From Podarcis tiliguerta (lineage: Eukaryota): a DNA stretch of 64,000 bases. A program made the translations under genes and the position numbers. Below the pieces are notes generated by a model. That model saw nothing but the letters and a program-made list of their open reading frames with translations, made no database searches and was not told the origin of the DNA. Where the stretch lies: NCBI GenBank assembly GCA_965153285.1, contig OZ229116.1; one strand, written 5' to 3'. This document shows positions 27,029 through 40,130 of the stretch, piece after piece (the stretch's first letter is position 1; every line of letters begins with the position of its first letter).

Positions 27029-27493
27029 AAAAGAGATATAACAATATATAAAAGAAACACTAAGAGAAGAATCCAATGGTGCTTGGGATGGTGGCTGAGA
27101 GGCCACTAGATGCTGCGGGCTTCCTTCTCTGCTCCCTGAGAGAAAGATTTAGTTCCAGAAGGCAGTGGTGGAAAGCTCTGCGATATCACTATTCTGCTCG
27201 AGCTCTATATTCACTTGTTATATTTGTCTATATTAGTGTATTCTCAAGCAGGGATAGCCCAAAGACTATTTACACGGGGGGAAATAATATATTGAATGAG
27301 GCCCTTATAGGTTTTCAGTGATTTCAGTTTGTGGCCTTAAAAATGTATGAAAAAGAATCAATTCCTAAAGAAATAAAACCATAGTACTCAGTAAATATTT
27401 TGGAGTACACATACACAGACACAAACAAATAACTTCAGAGCAAAAGAAGTGTCTGTGATACATGAAGATTTGATGAGGGGTATATGAGGAGAA

Positions 27494-27854
27494 GGGGCGC
27501 AGGTGGCGCTGTGGGTAAAACCTCAGCGCCTAGGACTTGCCGATCGCATGGTCGGAGGTTCGAATCCCCACAGCGGGGTGCGCTCCCGTCGTTCGGTCCC
27601 AGCGCCTGCCAACCTAGCAGTTCGAAAGCACCCCTAGGTGCAAGTAGATAAATAGGGACCGCTCACCAGCGGGAAGGTAAACGGCGTTCTGTGTGCTGTG
27701 CTGGCCCGCCAGATGCAGCTTGTCACACTGGCCATGTGACCCGGAAGTGTCTGCGGACAGCGCTGGCTCTCAGCCTATAGAGTGAGATGAGCGCACAACC
27801 CTAGAGTCTGTCAAGACTGGCCCGTACGGGCAGGGTTACCTTTACCTTTACCTT
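27494..27854 (+). mobile_element. full-length Sauria SINE
   Basis: Pol III A box (tggcgctgtgg) and B box (ggttcgaatcc), (ACCTTT)n tail, perfect 13-bp TSD TATATGAGGAGAA. Confidence 0.96.
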
Positions 27855-29619
27855 TATATGAGGAGAAAGCTGGTCTAAATGCTGAAATCTAATATGTGAT
27901 GTGAGGGGAGATATTCTGTATTCTTCAGCTGTTCCACTTTGTAAGCAAGAGAGCTAGGAAAGAAAGCTGGCTAATATGCACAAAAGAAGCAAACTTGTTT
28001 GCCTGGTCCTTTGATACTTCCTAAAGAATTATTCACCCTCTACAAATCCAGCCATACAGATTGCATCAAAACACTAAACAGATTAAGGGAAACATTTATC
28101 CCTAATCTAATGAAACAGCATATTCAGCTTTAATGACAAGCATGAAACATTCACCAAAATGCAACAAAACAAAGTACCTACACTCTACACACAGTTCAGT
28201 TTGAGATATCGTTTATTAGACCAATGTGTTTATGTATGCTGTTTCTAACTAACTGAAAGTGAGCATATTGGTATATGTATGGATGTAGAATGACAGTTTT
28301 GTGAGACTCCCCCTCCCCAAACACAAAGTAGGTATTATTCATACAGACTAGGTCCCTGATTAGTTGTGGTAATGAAGTAAATATAATGGCCAGGAGCTAT
28401 AGACACTGGTTTGGATTCAAAAAAGTGTAAGGTTCTTCTGACACAATCAACACAACCAAGTTAGTAAAAGCCTCCAAGCTTTTAATTTTTCTCTCAGTAG
28501 TCCAGCAAAAACATACAAGGATCTGGGAGAAGCATTGGTTATGGGCTATATATGATGGACATATCACAAAAATGAGCACTGTGTTACATCAAATGATTCA
28601 GGTTTTGTATGGCCTTTAACAAACTTATGGTGGATAAGCTTCTTTATCAATAACTGGTCCTAAAGCCTCCCAAACAGGGGTGGGCCTTGGTAATATGCTC
28701 CCCTGTGCAAGGCCATTTGGTGCCCTCTCCCACAGCTCTCGCAGTGCCGGCTGAAGCTGGGCTTTGTGAAGGAGGCAAAAGGCTCTGGAAGGGTCCTAGA
28801 GGCCTCCTACCTCCTTTCCAAAGCCTGGTAAGGAGGTGGGAGGACTCTAGGACCCTGTCAGAGCAATCATGCCTCCACCCTGAAGCCTGGCAAGTACTTA
28901 CCAGGTTTTACAAAGGCATGCTTCTTGGCTGCACACCTGATGCAACTTAACTGCACACTGCCCAAAACCCACCCCTGCCCCAAAACCACAGTCTGAGAGA
29001 ATCCTTACAATGGATTGTAATTACTGCTCTTTCTGCTGCTAAAGGATATAAAAGAAAGGATTGTATCCAATGTGTCAGCCTGCTAGAACCATTGCACAAG
29101 AGCTTGCCATACTGGAACTGTTGTGGCTAGGTATTTTATTTTTCTGTCCTCTACAAACTGTGCATATAAATACCAACTACTTGCTTGTGGAACCTCTTGC
29201 CCAGTAGCATAAGACAACCTGGTAACAGAACAGGTTCAGTGCTAACTCTACAATGCTGTGTTGTATACCACTCAAAATCTTTATGCATTGTAGACAGTAA
29301 ATCCTTTGGGAAAGTGCCTATAACTGCTTTGTATGGTCATAATGTCTATTTATGTGAGGATCTTGTCCCAAATATATCTCTCAGAGGACATGATTGACCA
29401 CCACATGCAGACAAATGTACCATCCCTTGACATCTCTTCCAACTAGACCTTTGAGACCATCTCAGAATTCCATCCAGCATTTATTTGAAGCTGTTTGAAA
29501 TATCTTGAAGTGCCAACAAGAAAGGCCATTGGAAGTCTCTTTCCTTGCCCATGCCCTTATAGCCCTCTTTGAGCGAGAAATAAAACCCTGTTCTCAAAGG
29601 AGATTCTCTATCTGCATAC

Positions 29620-29865
29620 CTATAATGCTGATTTTTTATAATTACCTTTAAAGCCTGAAACTTTACTGTACCTGTCTACTTGTCTTTGACTTTCCTGCAG
29701 TGACATTTCATGTTTGCTTGTGACAATTGCCACATCATCTGCAAACAGTTGTATTGTGTGTTCTCCATTATTGATACTGACATCATTAATTTTGAAATTA
29801 ATGATTATTGAAATTGCCAGAGCTGCAATAGACAGGGCAAAGAGCAATAGACAGGGCAAAGAGTT
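29620..29865 (-). mobile_element. L1/Tx1-clade LINE reverse-transcriptase fragment
   Basis: LLFALSIAALAISI...HTIQLFADDVAI...YSKVSGFKGNYKKS has the catalytic FADD and the SG(Y/F)KxNxxKS motif. Confidence 0.85.
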
Positions 29866-31869
29866 CCCTGACAATAGCACTTATAGTTTTTTTGAGGAAA
29901 AGCTGGAACTGTTCCCCAGAAACACGTGCAGCACTTCTGCAGTAAGTTTATTTTGACAGAATGTCTCTTGCAAAGACGCCATGATGAATAATATACTTCA
30001 CCATTCCAATGCCTGGGACAGTTGGGGTTTTTTCCCAAGGTTATAATTCATTTGTTTGTTTGTTTCCATGTATTAAGGGATATGTGATGTACACAATCCA
30101 TGTCCTCAACTTGTCCTTTAAAAAGTGAGGAAAGCACAAGCATGATGCTATTTTGCCTTTTCAGTAAACAATGTCCTGCTGTTCAAGCCCTCTTAAATGT
30201 GAAATTGATTGGATCCAATTACAAGCATTCTGTGGTCTAATCAATTTCATCATTCCCAACTTGGGTGAAACAATGCATGTGAGTGGGTGTAAATTAGACC
30301 AAGGAACAAAATTGTTTTCCCCATTCAACTATATCTATAGGTTCCCCCAGTTATATAATTTTGAATCTAGCAATTCTAGGTTAAGGGTTGTTATCACATT
30401 AGTGATAAATTCTTCCCATTGCCCCTTAGAAATAAAAATCTGTACACAGCTGCAGGGGCATGTAATGTTTAGGTGTAAGATTATGGTTTGTTGAGTTCAA
30501 TTTTCCACAATGTATTATTGCTAGCATGTATGCTCTCAGTATAGTTCAGCATATATAATTCAGTATTTTTTTCTTTGATCACCTTAGAAAGAGTTCTTTT
30601 TCAGAAGAGTCATGCCAGCTCTATAGCTGTATGCTAAATGAAATGTTAAATATCAGCTACCATACAGACAAAATGATGAAACTATTTGCCAAGTTTTAAG
30701 GAGAGTGATATGGCAATCAAATCTTTCAACAATATGCTAAAAATATGATAAAGCAGAAACTCAGAAATAATTCATTTTCAACCCCTGCATTATCACAATT
30801 ATTCAGGCTGGAAGAATAAGATATTATGACAGGCACTGGGGTATTGCTGAAAACAGGAAGACCATGTCTTGTTATTTCCCTATTGTCAGTGGCATTTCAT
30901 GATGTAAAATGAGTGATCTGAAGTCATCACACTGCAAGTTCTCCCATCCCTAGTAGCAAATAAAGTAGAGAAGAGCCAAAGAAACACACAAAGCATCAGA
31001 TATAATATCCTGTATCACTAGATGAGGCTGATTAGCCTTCAGCAGTATGGTTCTCTTCAGATGTTTTGGATGACGAGCCTGATTGCCCAAGCCAGCACAA
31101 AGCCCCCAATTTGCATGGCTTTTTTCTTTCTCTTTCAATAGTAATTTACCACACGGTAGCCACTGAGCATTCAAGTCCTAGCTGGCTAGTTTTTATTCCT
31201 ATCAGATTTTCTTGTACTTCTGCAAACCTTGGGGTTTCGCTTAAGCTCATTCATATCTCCCCTCTTGTGGATGAATGGTGTCGATTTGGCTAGCACTTGG
31301 CAAACTGAGATGGTGATGGATATATAGGCTTCTTCCATCTGTTCTGTACTAGTTACCTCACTTACAATATTGTTTTCCCCAGGAAGGGACACGCCAGATG
31401 AAGACTTTGGTCCTAGGAAGTCCTCTGACATTTCCTTTGGTTTGAGGAAGAGGCGATTGGAAGGTAGGGCATTGCATGCACTTCAGAGCTTAATACGTAC
31501 TATAGAGTTAGAGGGCCAAATGAGCTGTGTACTTAAATATATAGCAGGCAGCTAGGTTTTTTGCTTTTCTTTAGGTAGGTAGAGTGTTCGGGAGCCCAAT
31601 TCTCAGTATGAAGGCATTATATGTGAAGCGGAGGTTCACTTTTTCATTCCCCAGCCAAGAACCCTTGACTTAGAAAAATGTCCCATCAGCACCAAAGGAG
31701 ACTGTGTGTGTGTGAACTTAATTGTTTCATTTATTTCATTTATGAATTTCATCCCATGAAACATATTAGCAATAAAAATCCCAGCAATAAAAACATCTGT
31801 TAATGCAGTTTCTAGTCTGATGCAGATAGCCACACATCATATGCCCAAAACAAGTTGTTAAAAAAGTAT

Positions 31870-31875
31870 TTTATT
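31870..31875 (-). terminator. candidate distal poly(A) signal of SNTG1
   Basis: Minus-strand AATAAA with U-rich sequence upstream and a GU/U-rich element downstream (ttgtttttggg...tgtgtgg). Confidence 0.4.
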
Positions 31876-34185
31876 TTTTTCTTTTCATGATTACAAATCA
31901 ATGAAACAAAACCAAACAGAAGGAAATGTTTTATTAGTAGTTCATTAATGAGTTTAAACAACTAGATGTCTTTGAGTCACAAAACACTACAAAGAGCCAC
32001 AAACATAATTAAAAATGAAATAAATATTTAGATTTTTTGATCTGGTATTTTAAACCTCAGTATTTATAAAATATATAATACTTTATATTACATTTGCTCT
32101 GTCATTTCCCCCAACCACAAATTAAAACTCATGAAATATTATCAATGTACAAAGCAATGAGAATAAGCCAAAATCAGATAATTTTAAGGTCTGGGGAAAA
32201 ATAGCTGATATGATTTTATTACTCTATGTCAAGATTGTGCATCTGCTGCAAAAATAGTCATTTCCCCAACCAATATATACATATTTTACTTAGAATTATA
32301 TCTTAAAGCAAGTGCAGAATATACCATAAAATATAGAAATAAAGTTGATCTGCATTTTGTTCTGAGGGATTGTTATTCACTTGAAGTTAGGTTTGGAACA
32401 TTTGGAGTGGCTCAAAGTTTCAAATCAATCCTATTTCTAAAAAGGTCATAGATTATTACTGTAAACCAGGCATCGATTGTTCAAATTGTTTTGAGCCACA
32501 CTTTGGCTGAAATCCTGTGCTCAGTTACATTCATGCAAGTCCAATTTAATTCAAGAGGAGTTATGCACAGGCAAACCTGTTCAGTATTTTAGTCTGGGGC
32601 TCTCAAGATCACCACATGTTCTATGATGGCCTCCATGCCAAAACAAAGAAATAGATACATGTACACTGTTATGTGGGAATACAAATTTAATGCTTGAAAT
32701 GAATTTGGCAACTCCGGTGGATATTGGAGCTCATGCATCAGCTAGTATTACACAGCTGGGGTGCCTGTTTGCAGAATCAAAATGATTAAAAAAAAACAAA
32801 AACATTTCCCGCAATTTCAATAAATGGGTTTCGGCCATAATGAAATCTCTGGTCACTTCCACAAGGATTTCATTTCCTAAGACTGATCAATTTTTTCTCT
32901 CCATGAAGACTAAATACTTTTTATTATCTAGAACATGATTCATGTAAGCCTTTAAAAGCATGCACAATATTATTCCTATTGATGGAAGTCATTACAACAC
33001 ATGCATGGAGTTACACATGTATTCAAATGCTTTGCCAGCATAGGAATGAGGCCCCCCTCCCCCAGACATTTTTAAAACCACCTTCATCTGCCCTGTGCTC
33101 CATTAATGTATTTTATGGATGCATACCAAAAAAAGAATAAGTTCTAAAGTGGAACATATGCATGCAGATAATTCATTCAAGTCTACCTATCTTGATTTCC
33201 TTCGCAATTTTCAGTTAGGAACTTCAAAATCTTTAGGCACCGCTTCCTTTCACTCCTCTGAGTAAAACAATACAGCTTGAGATGTAATCATGAAGACTGC
33301 TGGTTATGAGTGATTCTGAAAAGTTCAAGAGAGGCTACAATTCCCATCATTACCTATACTAAAGCACACTGAGTTATCTGATCAATACTTGATGGAACAA
33401 GGTTTATTAGAACAATGCCTTGACTCTTCAGAGGATAATATTCAATCCATGTTTTGTGAGTTGTTCTTGAAGCAGAATAATATGTGGCATTTGCATTTTA
33501 CAAATTTTACATATCAATTTAGATTGATATGACAAAACAACCCCCAAGTTTCAAGTTAAGCTATTCTCATCGAGATAGCTCTATCTAATTAGACTTGGAT
33601 CCAAAGGCTGTATATGCACCATGGCTTTCCAGTCCATTTCCCACTGGACCCTTTCCAGCTCCTTCTCCTTTCTGCTTCCCCACAAAAGCTGTCTTGAGAA
33701 TTGGGGAACCCTCTAGAGCAATATATGATGCTTCAGGGGGGAGGGGGGAGGGAGTCAACCTCCCCCACCCCCATGCAGGAGTGTGCTTTGAGCTCATGCA
33801 TGCTGCTTATTGGATCCTAGCCTAGTTTTTACACAGAATTTCTGCTGGCAATTACAACCCCAAAAAACAGCTGTGTAACTTATAAAGAATCATGCCCCAT
33901 TATATGGAAGAGGATGTTAATCTTTCCAGTGCAATATTATCTGCAGGATATTCATAGTCCATATTTTAATTACACAGAACTCACAGAGCTTTCATGCAAG
34001 TTATTGCATGTCCCTGTGGTCCCAAAGTCCTTGGGGCAATAGCTGTCAGATTTTAAGGTTCACAACCCAGCTTTAGCTACATCCAGCAACAGGGAACTCA
34101 CTTCAATATTTCTAAACCATATATGTCTAGCTTCCTGCAATCAGATATAAGGAGAGAAAGCAGGGGACTAATGTACATTTATATT

Positions 34186-34322
34186 CGCGCCGGGGAAGCT
34201 GTGATTCTCCAGATGTTGTTCAACTCCAGATTCTATCAGCCCCAGACACCATGGCCAATGATAATGAAAGATGGCAGTTGGAGTCTGACAACATCTGCAG
34301 GGCCACAGGGTTCCCTGCCCTG
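34186..34322. mobile_element. palindromic hAT MITE, degenerate
   Basis: ctccagatgttg...caacatctg fold-back, the same family as 7666-7801. Confidence 0.7.
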
Positions 34323-36776
34323 ATTGATTTAAATGTTGAACAGCAAGATGAAATTTTTGTAGATGTAGTTTCCTCATGTAGTGATGAAAATAGATGCTCT
34401 TGATGAAGTTCCCCATTCTATAAAAGGGGCATTTGTTGTAACCAAATACACTCCCCCCCCCTAAACACACCCACCCACACAGTGGTGGTGTCACTGCTGT
34501 GACCCACGTTTGGTCAGGATATGACTCATCAGTTGTAGACCAAAGTTCTCAGGAATGCACATACTCAGGGCGTTCTTTACCATATTCCCTGGCAACAGGT
34601 GGTGTTAACTTAAAAATCACCCAACAGATTTTAACCCTTTTCTAAGTTGTTGTGGGGGTTCTTAATAATCACAGGGCATGAGCCAATACACTGGGAGCTA
34701 CTGCCTGGAAAAGCTAAAAAGACACAACAAGCAATGGCACAGCTCTGGCCCATACGGACCTCAGGATTGCAGTTAGATTCACATATCATATTATATATAA
34801 GGTTGAACAGCTATATTTAGAGGTGCCACCAGAATTTAGTTCTGTTGACCATCTCTTACTGGAATTAACTTAAAAAATTATGTATTAAGCATCACCAAAC
34901 TGTAAACTGAATTACCACATGCATAGTATCTTCAGGATATTCTGGGCCGCACAATTGCAAACAATATGTAAAAAGCAGACTCTCTCATGATTCTGCCATG
35001 GCACTTTGCATTATATGAATGGATGCTTTCACAAAATGAGTGCAATCACCCCCCTTAACTCACTTACACCAGTCAGAGCTATAGCTTGAGAGTAGAACAC
35101 ATTTTTCATACAAATGGTCTAAGGAGCCATCCCCACCATCTCCAGCTAAATAGATCTCTGGTAGCAAGGCCTTGAAGCTACCTGATTCAACATAAGTCAC
35201 ATTCTTACTTCATATGAGTGACCATGTGTATTTAAAAATAAGAATCTTGAGTTCTACTTTTCTGTGTTATAAGCTTTTCTTGAAGATGCATTTGTTATGG
35301 TACCAAAAATACTTTTAATGAATACCTTGAGTTCAGCAGCTTCCTCATTTTTGTAGTAGTTTCTAAAGGAAACCACAGCATTTAAAATAATAATAATCAA
35401 AGGGTGAACTTATCACATCCATACTTGCCTCCCAAAGACAGGTACAAATAAATAAGGCAGCCCTAACGATGCCAGATTTCTAAGCTGCCACAAGGTAGCC
35501 ATTATTGTTTGAAAAATACAACTACATGAGTCATCTCCTAATTATATAGCAGACCCATTTGTAATCTGTGTTATCTTTTGGTCTGTTATAGTTTCAAGAA
35601 TTTTGCTTTTGGCTTCAGAAAGTAGGCAGTTTAGTTGCCATTATGAGAAGCTATTAGTATGAGGATTACTGTAATAGTGTAGCAAGATTGATACTTTTAA
35701 GGCACAATCATGATCATTCCCATTAATGAGTGCTAATCCCCACATCAGCTTCAAAGTGAGCGAGTGACTTTACTATTAAGTGCATGAGAAGTAAAAGCAA
35801 TCATCTACTTTGCTTGCCATTGATTCTACTGAAGTCAGCGGGCAAAATTTTGCTGTTGACTTCGGGCTCTAATGCCAACCGTTCAGATCTCTCCAGTGTC
35901 ACATTTTCAAAACAGAGCCTTTAGATTACATGGAGTACTTGGAATACCTTGGTTCCTAGCTTAGTGAATTCAAATATGCCACCTTGTACAAGATTCATCT
36001 TGTATCACTATACTCTCACACATATTACTTTGAATTTGTAACTGGAAACAATATTGAATAGATTTATGAATTGGATTTGATGCACAAATTGGCAATGTGA
36101 TATGTGTGTGTGGTCTTTTGAGATGCTTAGGTCACATCCTGGATAAAACTCTGAATTTTAAAATATTACTGACTCTATTGCATGATTATCAACATGCTGC
36201 ATGCTAATGAAGGATCCACAGAACCATGATACTAGTTATGTGAATTCAATACATATTATCATATTCATTTAAACATCCTGCCTTTCCTTCAAAGCCCTAG
36301 TTGATGAGTTGAAACATTTGTGCCTGGGATTGGCTCCAACATCCTGTTTGGTGGGCAGAGGAGTGATATATCTTATGTGAGCAGGGAAAACTGTGTGTGT
36401 GTTACATGCTTGATTCACTGGTATGAGCTAGCACAGTGTTAATTGGATCCCACCATGATTTATGAAATATTACCCCCCCCCCCAAGACAACCTTCCTATG
36501 AAGTTCTAATATAATGCTTGCAATTAGTGACTCACTCTTATGGATACTTTGGACCAAGTAATATCAAATGTAGTCACTGTTTCCTTCTTAACCTTAGTTA
36601 TTTCCTTCAAAGCTAATTTCAGCAAGAACTACAAATTACTGAAAGATTAGTTCATAAAAATATTGCACAGGGATAGTTAAGTAGCAGCAGGTTACCATAC
36701 TGGTATAAAATGTGTATGTGCTACATGTATATGCGAAATGAAAACTATCAGTTACAAGCTTCAGTTTAAGATAGTA

Positions 36777-37017
36777 CAGTGGAATCTTGGTTCCTAAACT
36801 TAATCTGTTCTGGGAGTCTGTTCAATTCCTGAAACAGTTTGGGAATCAAGGCGCAGCTTCTGATTGGCTGTAGACGCTTCCTGCAGCCAATCAGAAGCCG
36901 CACCGGGTGTTTGGCTTCCAAATAACGTTTGAAAACCAGAACAATTACTTCCAGTTTTCATTCATTCAGGAGCTGGAATGTTAGCTCCCTGGGTGTTTGG
37001 GAGCCAAGATTCCACTG
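36777..37017. mobile_element. Tc1/mariner (Tigger-like) MITE
   Basis: TA|CAGTGGAATCTTGG...CCAAGATTCCACTG|TA. Confidence 0.88.
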
Positions 37018-38829
37018 TATAGCATTGGCCCATCTCATTTTATACACTGAACACATGGGCAATGGGACTTTTAAAATTCATGCCCCAAAGAAAACTCCAG
37101 CAAAGCAATTTACAGTAAGAGGGACAGAGATGAGGCAACTTTTCTGGAAAGTAAATATAAAAAGGACTCTCTGCATGTATAGATCTCAAATCTCCCTGAA
37201 CAGTTCTGCACAAAAGGCAGAGATGGACAACCCTTATTTCTGTTGAGGGCCATTTTGTCTCAGGGGTAATATATTGGAGACTGCATGCTGGTAGTGGATG
37301 GGACTGCAGCCACCAATGGGGAAACTGGAGCCAAGAGTGGATGGAGCCAACTCCCTTTTCTTCCCTTTTGGCCACTATTTTCTCTCTCTCTCCTTCTGTT
37401 AGCTCATTTCCCACTGGATTGTTCCCCTTTCCCCAACTTGTATTAAATTAGATTAAGGACCACATAATGCCTAACCTTGGTGTAAGGGCAATGGGGAACA
37501 AACTGCATGGTTGAAAATACTTATTTGCATTGATTTGAATCTGGCTTATACACATAATTGTGATCTGGATTGTACTCGATGCAAAACTAAACTCATTTCA
37601 GAGAGAGAGAGAGAGAATGAGAGAATATTTCCTAATGGCTCTTTGGAACCTTATCAGTGTTATATACACTGTACATATATAGTAGATCAAATTTTACACT
37701 TTCTCTAGATTCATCATTAAAATACAATTCTTAAAAATACATGTAAAGCATAATACCCTTTTCAGACATTTTACAGATGAAATCAGTGCATGTGGGAGGG
37801 GTTATATCTAAGCGGGAGGCTCTGCCTTCCAATGTATGAGTGTTTCTTATACTATCTCAAAAGACCCCAGTGGATGCAAAGAGGGCTCTCTTATAATATT
37901 AGGGCATGCTGCTTTTCCAGAGTTGCCGAACAGATGAAGAATCCTCTGCATGTACAACTGTATGTATGGAGGTCTTTGCAAATGGTACAATGAATGCATG
38001 AACAATGGAGGCAGAGCCTGCTGGCCTCATACATAAAATATCTGAAAAGGGCTCATTGTCTTACCCTGTGGGCTAGTTTTACATGACACAACACTGAATG
38101 CCATTTTAAGAGTTTGCTAAAACTTTCCAAGTTTCACTTCAAGAAATGGGATGTTCCATTTAACCTACAAGAAAGCTTGCTTTTTTGTAAGGTCATTTTT
38201 AACAGCTGTTAATTAAAATACAAAGGAGTAAATGAATTCTATTTCTTGGTTTCCTGTTGGTAATATGAAAATCAAATTTAAAAGTAAAGCCTTGTGCGAC
38301 CTTTATTGTGCCTGTAACAAAATATAATACTTGGGATTTGAGAACAAAGCCTGGCAGATTAAAAGACACTTCACTATAAAACTGAATAATAAAAGACATA
38401 ATTAAACAGGTTTAACATTGGTTTTGTAATTCATTCATAATTAAAACAATTCTGAATGTTAACAGATTTTTACTAACAACAGAGAATCTGTATGTAGAAA
38501 GATAGCAAAGGGAAAAGGGGGAAAGGTTTTGTTGGCTTAAGACCATGATCCTCAAACAACAATTTCTGGGTAGTTCTAATAAGGTCAATGGAATTACTCC
38601 AGAATTGAGGCCTAGGTCTCACAAAAACAGGTGAACCTGTGTTTAGTTTAGGCTCTGAGGTGAAGGCTCATCAAGATATGATGATTCTCCATGAAAAATA
38701 TCCACACAGAAAGAAAATTGGCATGTCATGTTGAAGGCTATGCTACCACCATTCATGCTCACATCGAGTTCGCTACATGCTGTGATTCCTCCCTCCCCAT
38801 ATGCAGCAGCAGCTGGCGGCTGTGTGTGC

Positions 38830-38915
38830 TGTGTTTCTGTATTGTTTTTAATACTTGACTGGGAGCCACCTAGAGTGGCTGGGGAAACTCAGCCAGATGG
38901 GCGGGGTATAAATAA

Positions 38916-38962
<47 letters not shown>
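38830..38962 (+). mobile_element. L2-like 3' tail with (TTA)~15 microsatellite
   Basis: gagtggctggggaaactcagccagatgggcggggtataaataaa(tta)n. Confidence 0.8.
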
Positions 38963-39645
38963 GACTTGGTTTCCCTAAGTCATGCATCTCTACTGGTTAC
39001 TGGGTAGGGAGTGGCAAGGCAGCGAGGAGCAGGTGTGGTACAACAGCAGCAGCGAAGGCAATCCAACATACCCAGCACTGTGCCTGCACCACCCTGAGCT
39101 CTCTGCTGCCTTGCCCCCCCCCCCCGCTGGCTGCTACTGCCTGTATCACAGAACACTGAATTTTGTGAGCCCCAAACTGCAATTTGAGAATTACAGAATT
39201 TCCACCTCATTTGCTGTTCATGAGAGCAAGAGCTAAGTGGCTTAAGTACTATAGGCTTCAATAGCAGATGGCTTCATTATGCTTATATTTCCTTTTTAAA
39301 AACATGTTGACCTAATATGGCTATACTATTATCATTATGATAATGGGATGGAACCAAAATTAAGAATGAAGATGATTCTATGTCAAAAGGGCACAAATAT
39401 GAATTTGCAACAGTACTTAAGGTGCTTTCTTTTCTAAGGAGATACAGTAGCATCTTTTTGCATTCACTTCCTTGTTGCTACACACTGATCCCTCTTTGCT
39501 TGACATTTATAGTCTAGCAAGAGGAAATTAGTTCTGATCCAGAACTTGGTAGGTTGTCATATAAAAACATCTGGAAAGAAAATGTCTGTTATTATGGAGA
39601 TTTGAAAATTGTATTAAATACTTAAGTGCAGCACTGTGTCATTCG

Positions 39646-39651
39646 TTTATT
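39646..39651 (-). terminator. candidate proximal poly(A) signal of SNTG1
   Basis: AATAAA about 285 nt after the SNTG1 stop codon. Confidence 0.35.
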
Positions 39652-39935
39652 TCTGTTTCTTTTGTTTCCAGTGTCATTCAAAACACAATCAGATTATACT
39701 ATAAAAGCATCTTCATCCACCTCAGAGATTTCTGCTTGGATTATGTACTGATGCCTTGTAAAATTGAGACTTAATTCATGATCCCATGTGACTATACTCT
39801 GCTGACAACTGCCACTTGTCTCTTGAGTCAGTTCGCTTGCTTGCTGTTGGTTCTCCGAGAAACCTGTCTGATGAATGTTTCGTATACGTAGTCTCATGTA
39901 CTCCTGGAAAGTGGCAAGTGCAGAAATAGGAGCCA

Positions 39936-40130
39936 TCAAGTCGTATACTTCAATTTGCTAGTGCCAGAAGATGTAGCAACAGCAGCACCAGTAGTAGCAG
40001 CAGCAGTAACAGCAGTAGCAGCAGCTGTGGCCTGACTGCCAACATAGAGTGGGTCCAAACAGGCCACTTTGGCCGCAAAGAAGGAGTGGATACAATGCAG
40101 GACTGCAAACAGGTTGGAAAATTCCAACTC
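39936..40130 (-). CDS. SNTG1: gamma-1-syntrophin, terminal coding exon
   Basis: Acceptor ctttcactttcag|GAG. Translates ELEFSNLFAVLHCIHSFFAAKVACLDPLYVGSQATAAATAVTAAATTGAAVATSSGTSKLKYTT*, the SNTG1 C-terminus ending KYTT. Confidence 0.97.
   Translation of the reverse strand, partial: ELEFSNLFAVLHCIHSFFAAKVACLDPLYVGSQATAAATAVTAAATTGAAVATSSGTSKLKYTT

Larger units (their letters stand above)
31850..39935 (-). other. SNTG1: SNTG1 3' UTR (extent uncertain; candidate proximal and distal ends)
   Basis: Follows the stop codon. AT-rich and relatively repeat-poor. Minus-strand AATAAA at 39651-39646, 38307-38302 and 31875-31870. Confidence 0.4.

Noticed and set aside
39860-39895. CTGATGA suggesting a hammerhead ribozyme
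   Set aside because: No stem II followed by GAAA and no closing stems. Other CTGANGA hits (42280, 46572) also fail.
39894-39938. In-frame TGA readthrough or selenocysteine at the SNTG1 stop
   Set aside because: The context is TGA-TGG, not CTAG. Another TGA follows after 13 codons and I see no SECIS.
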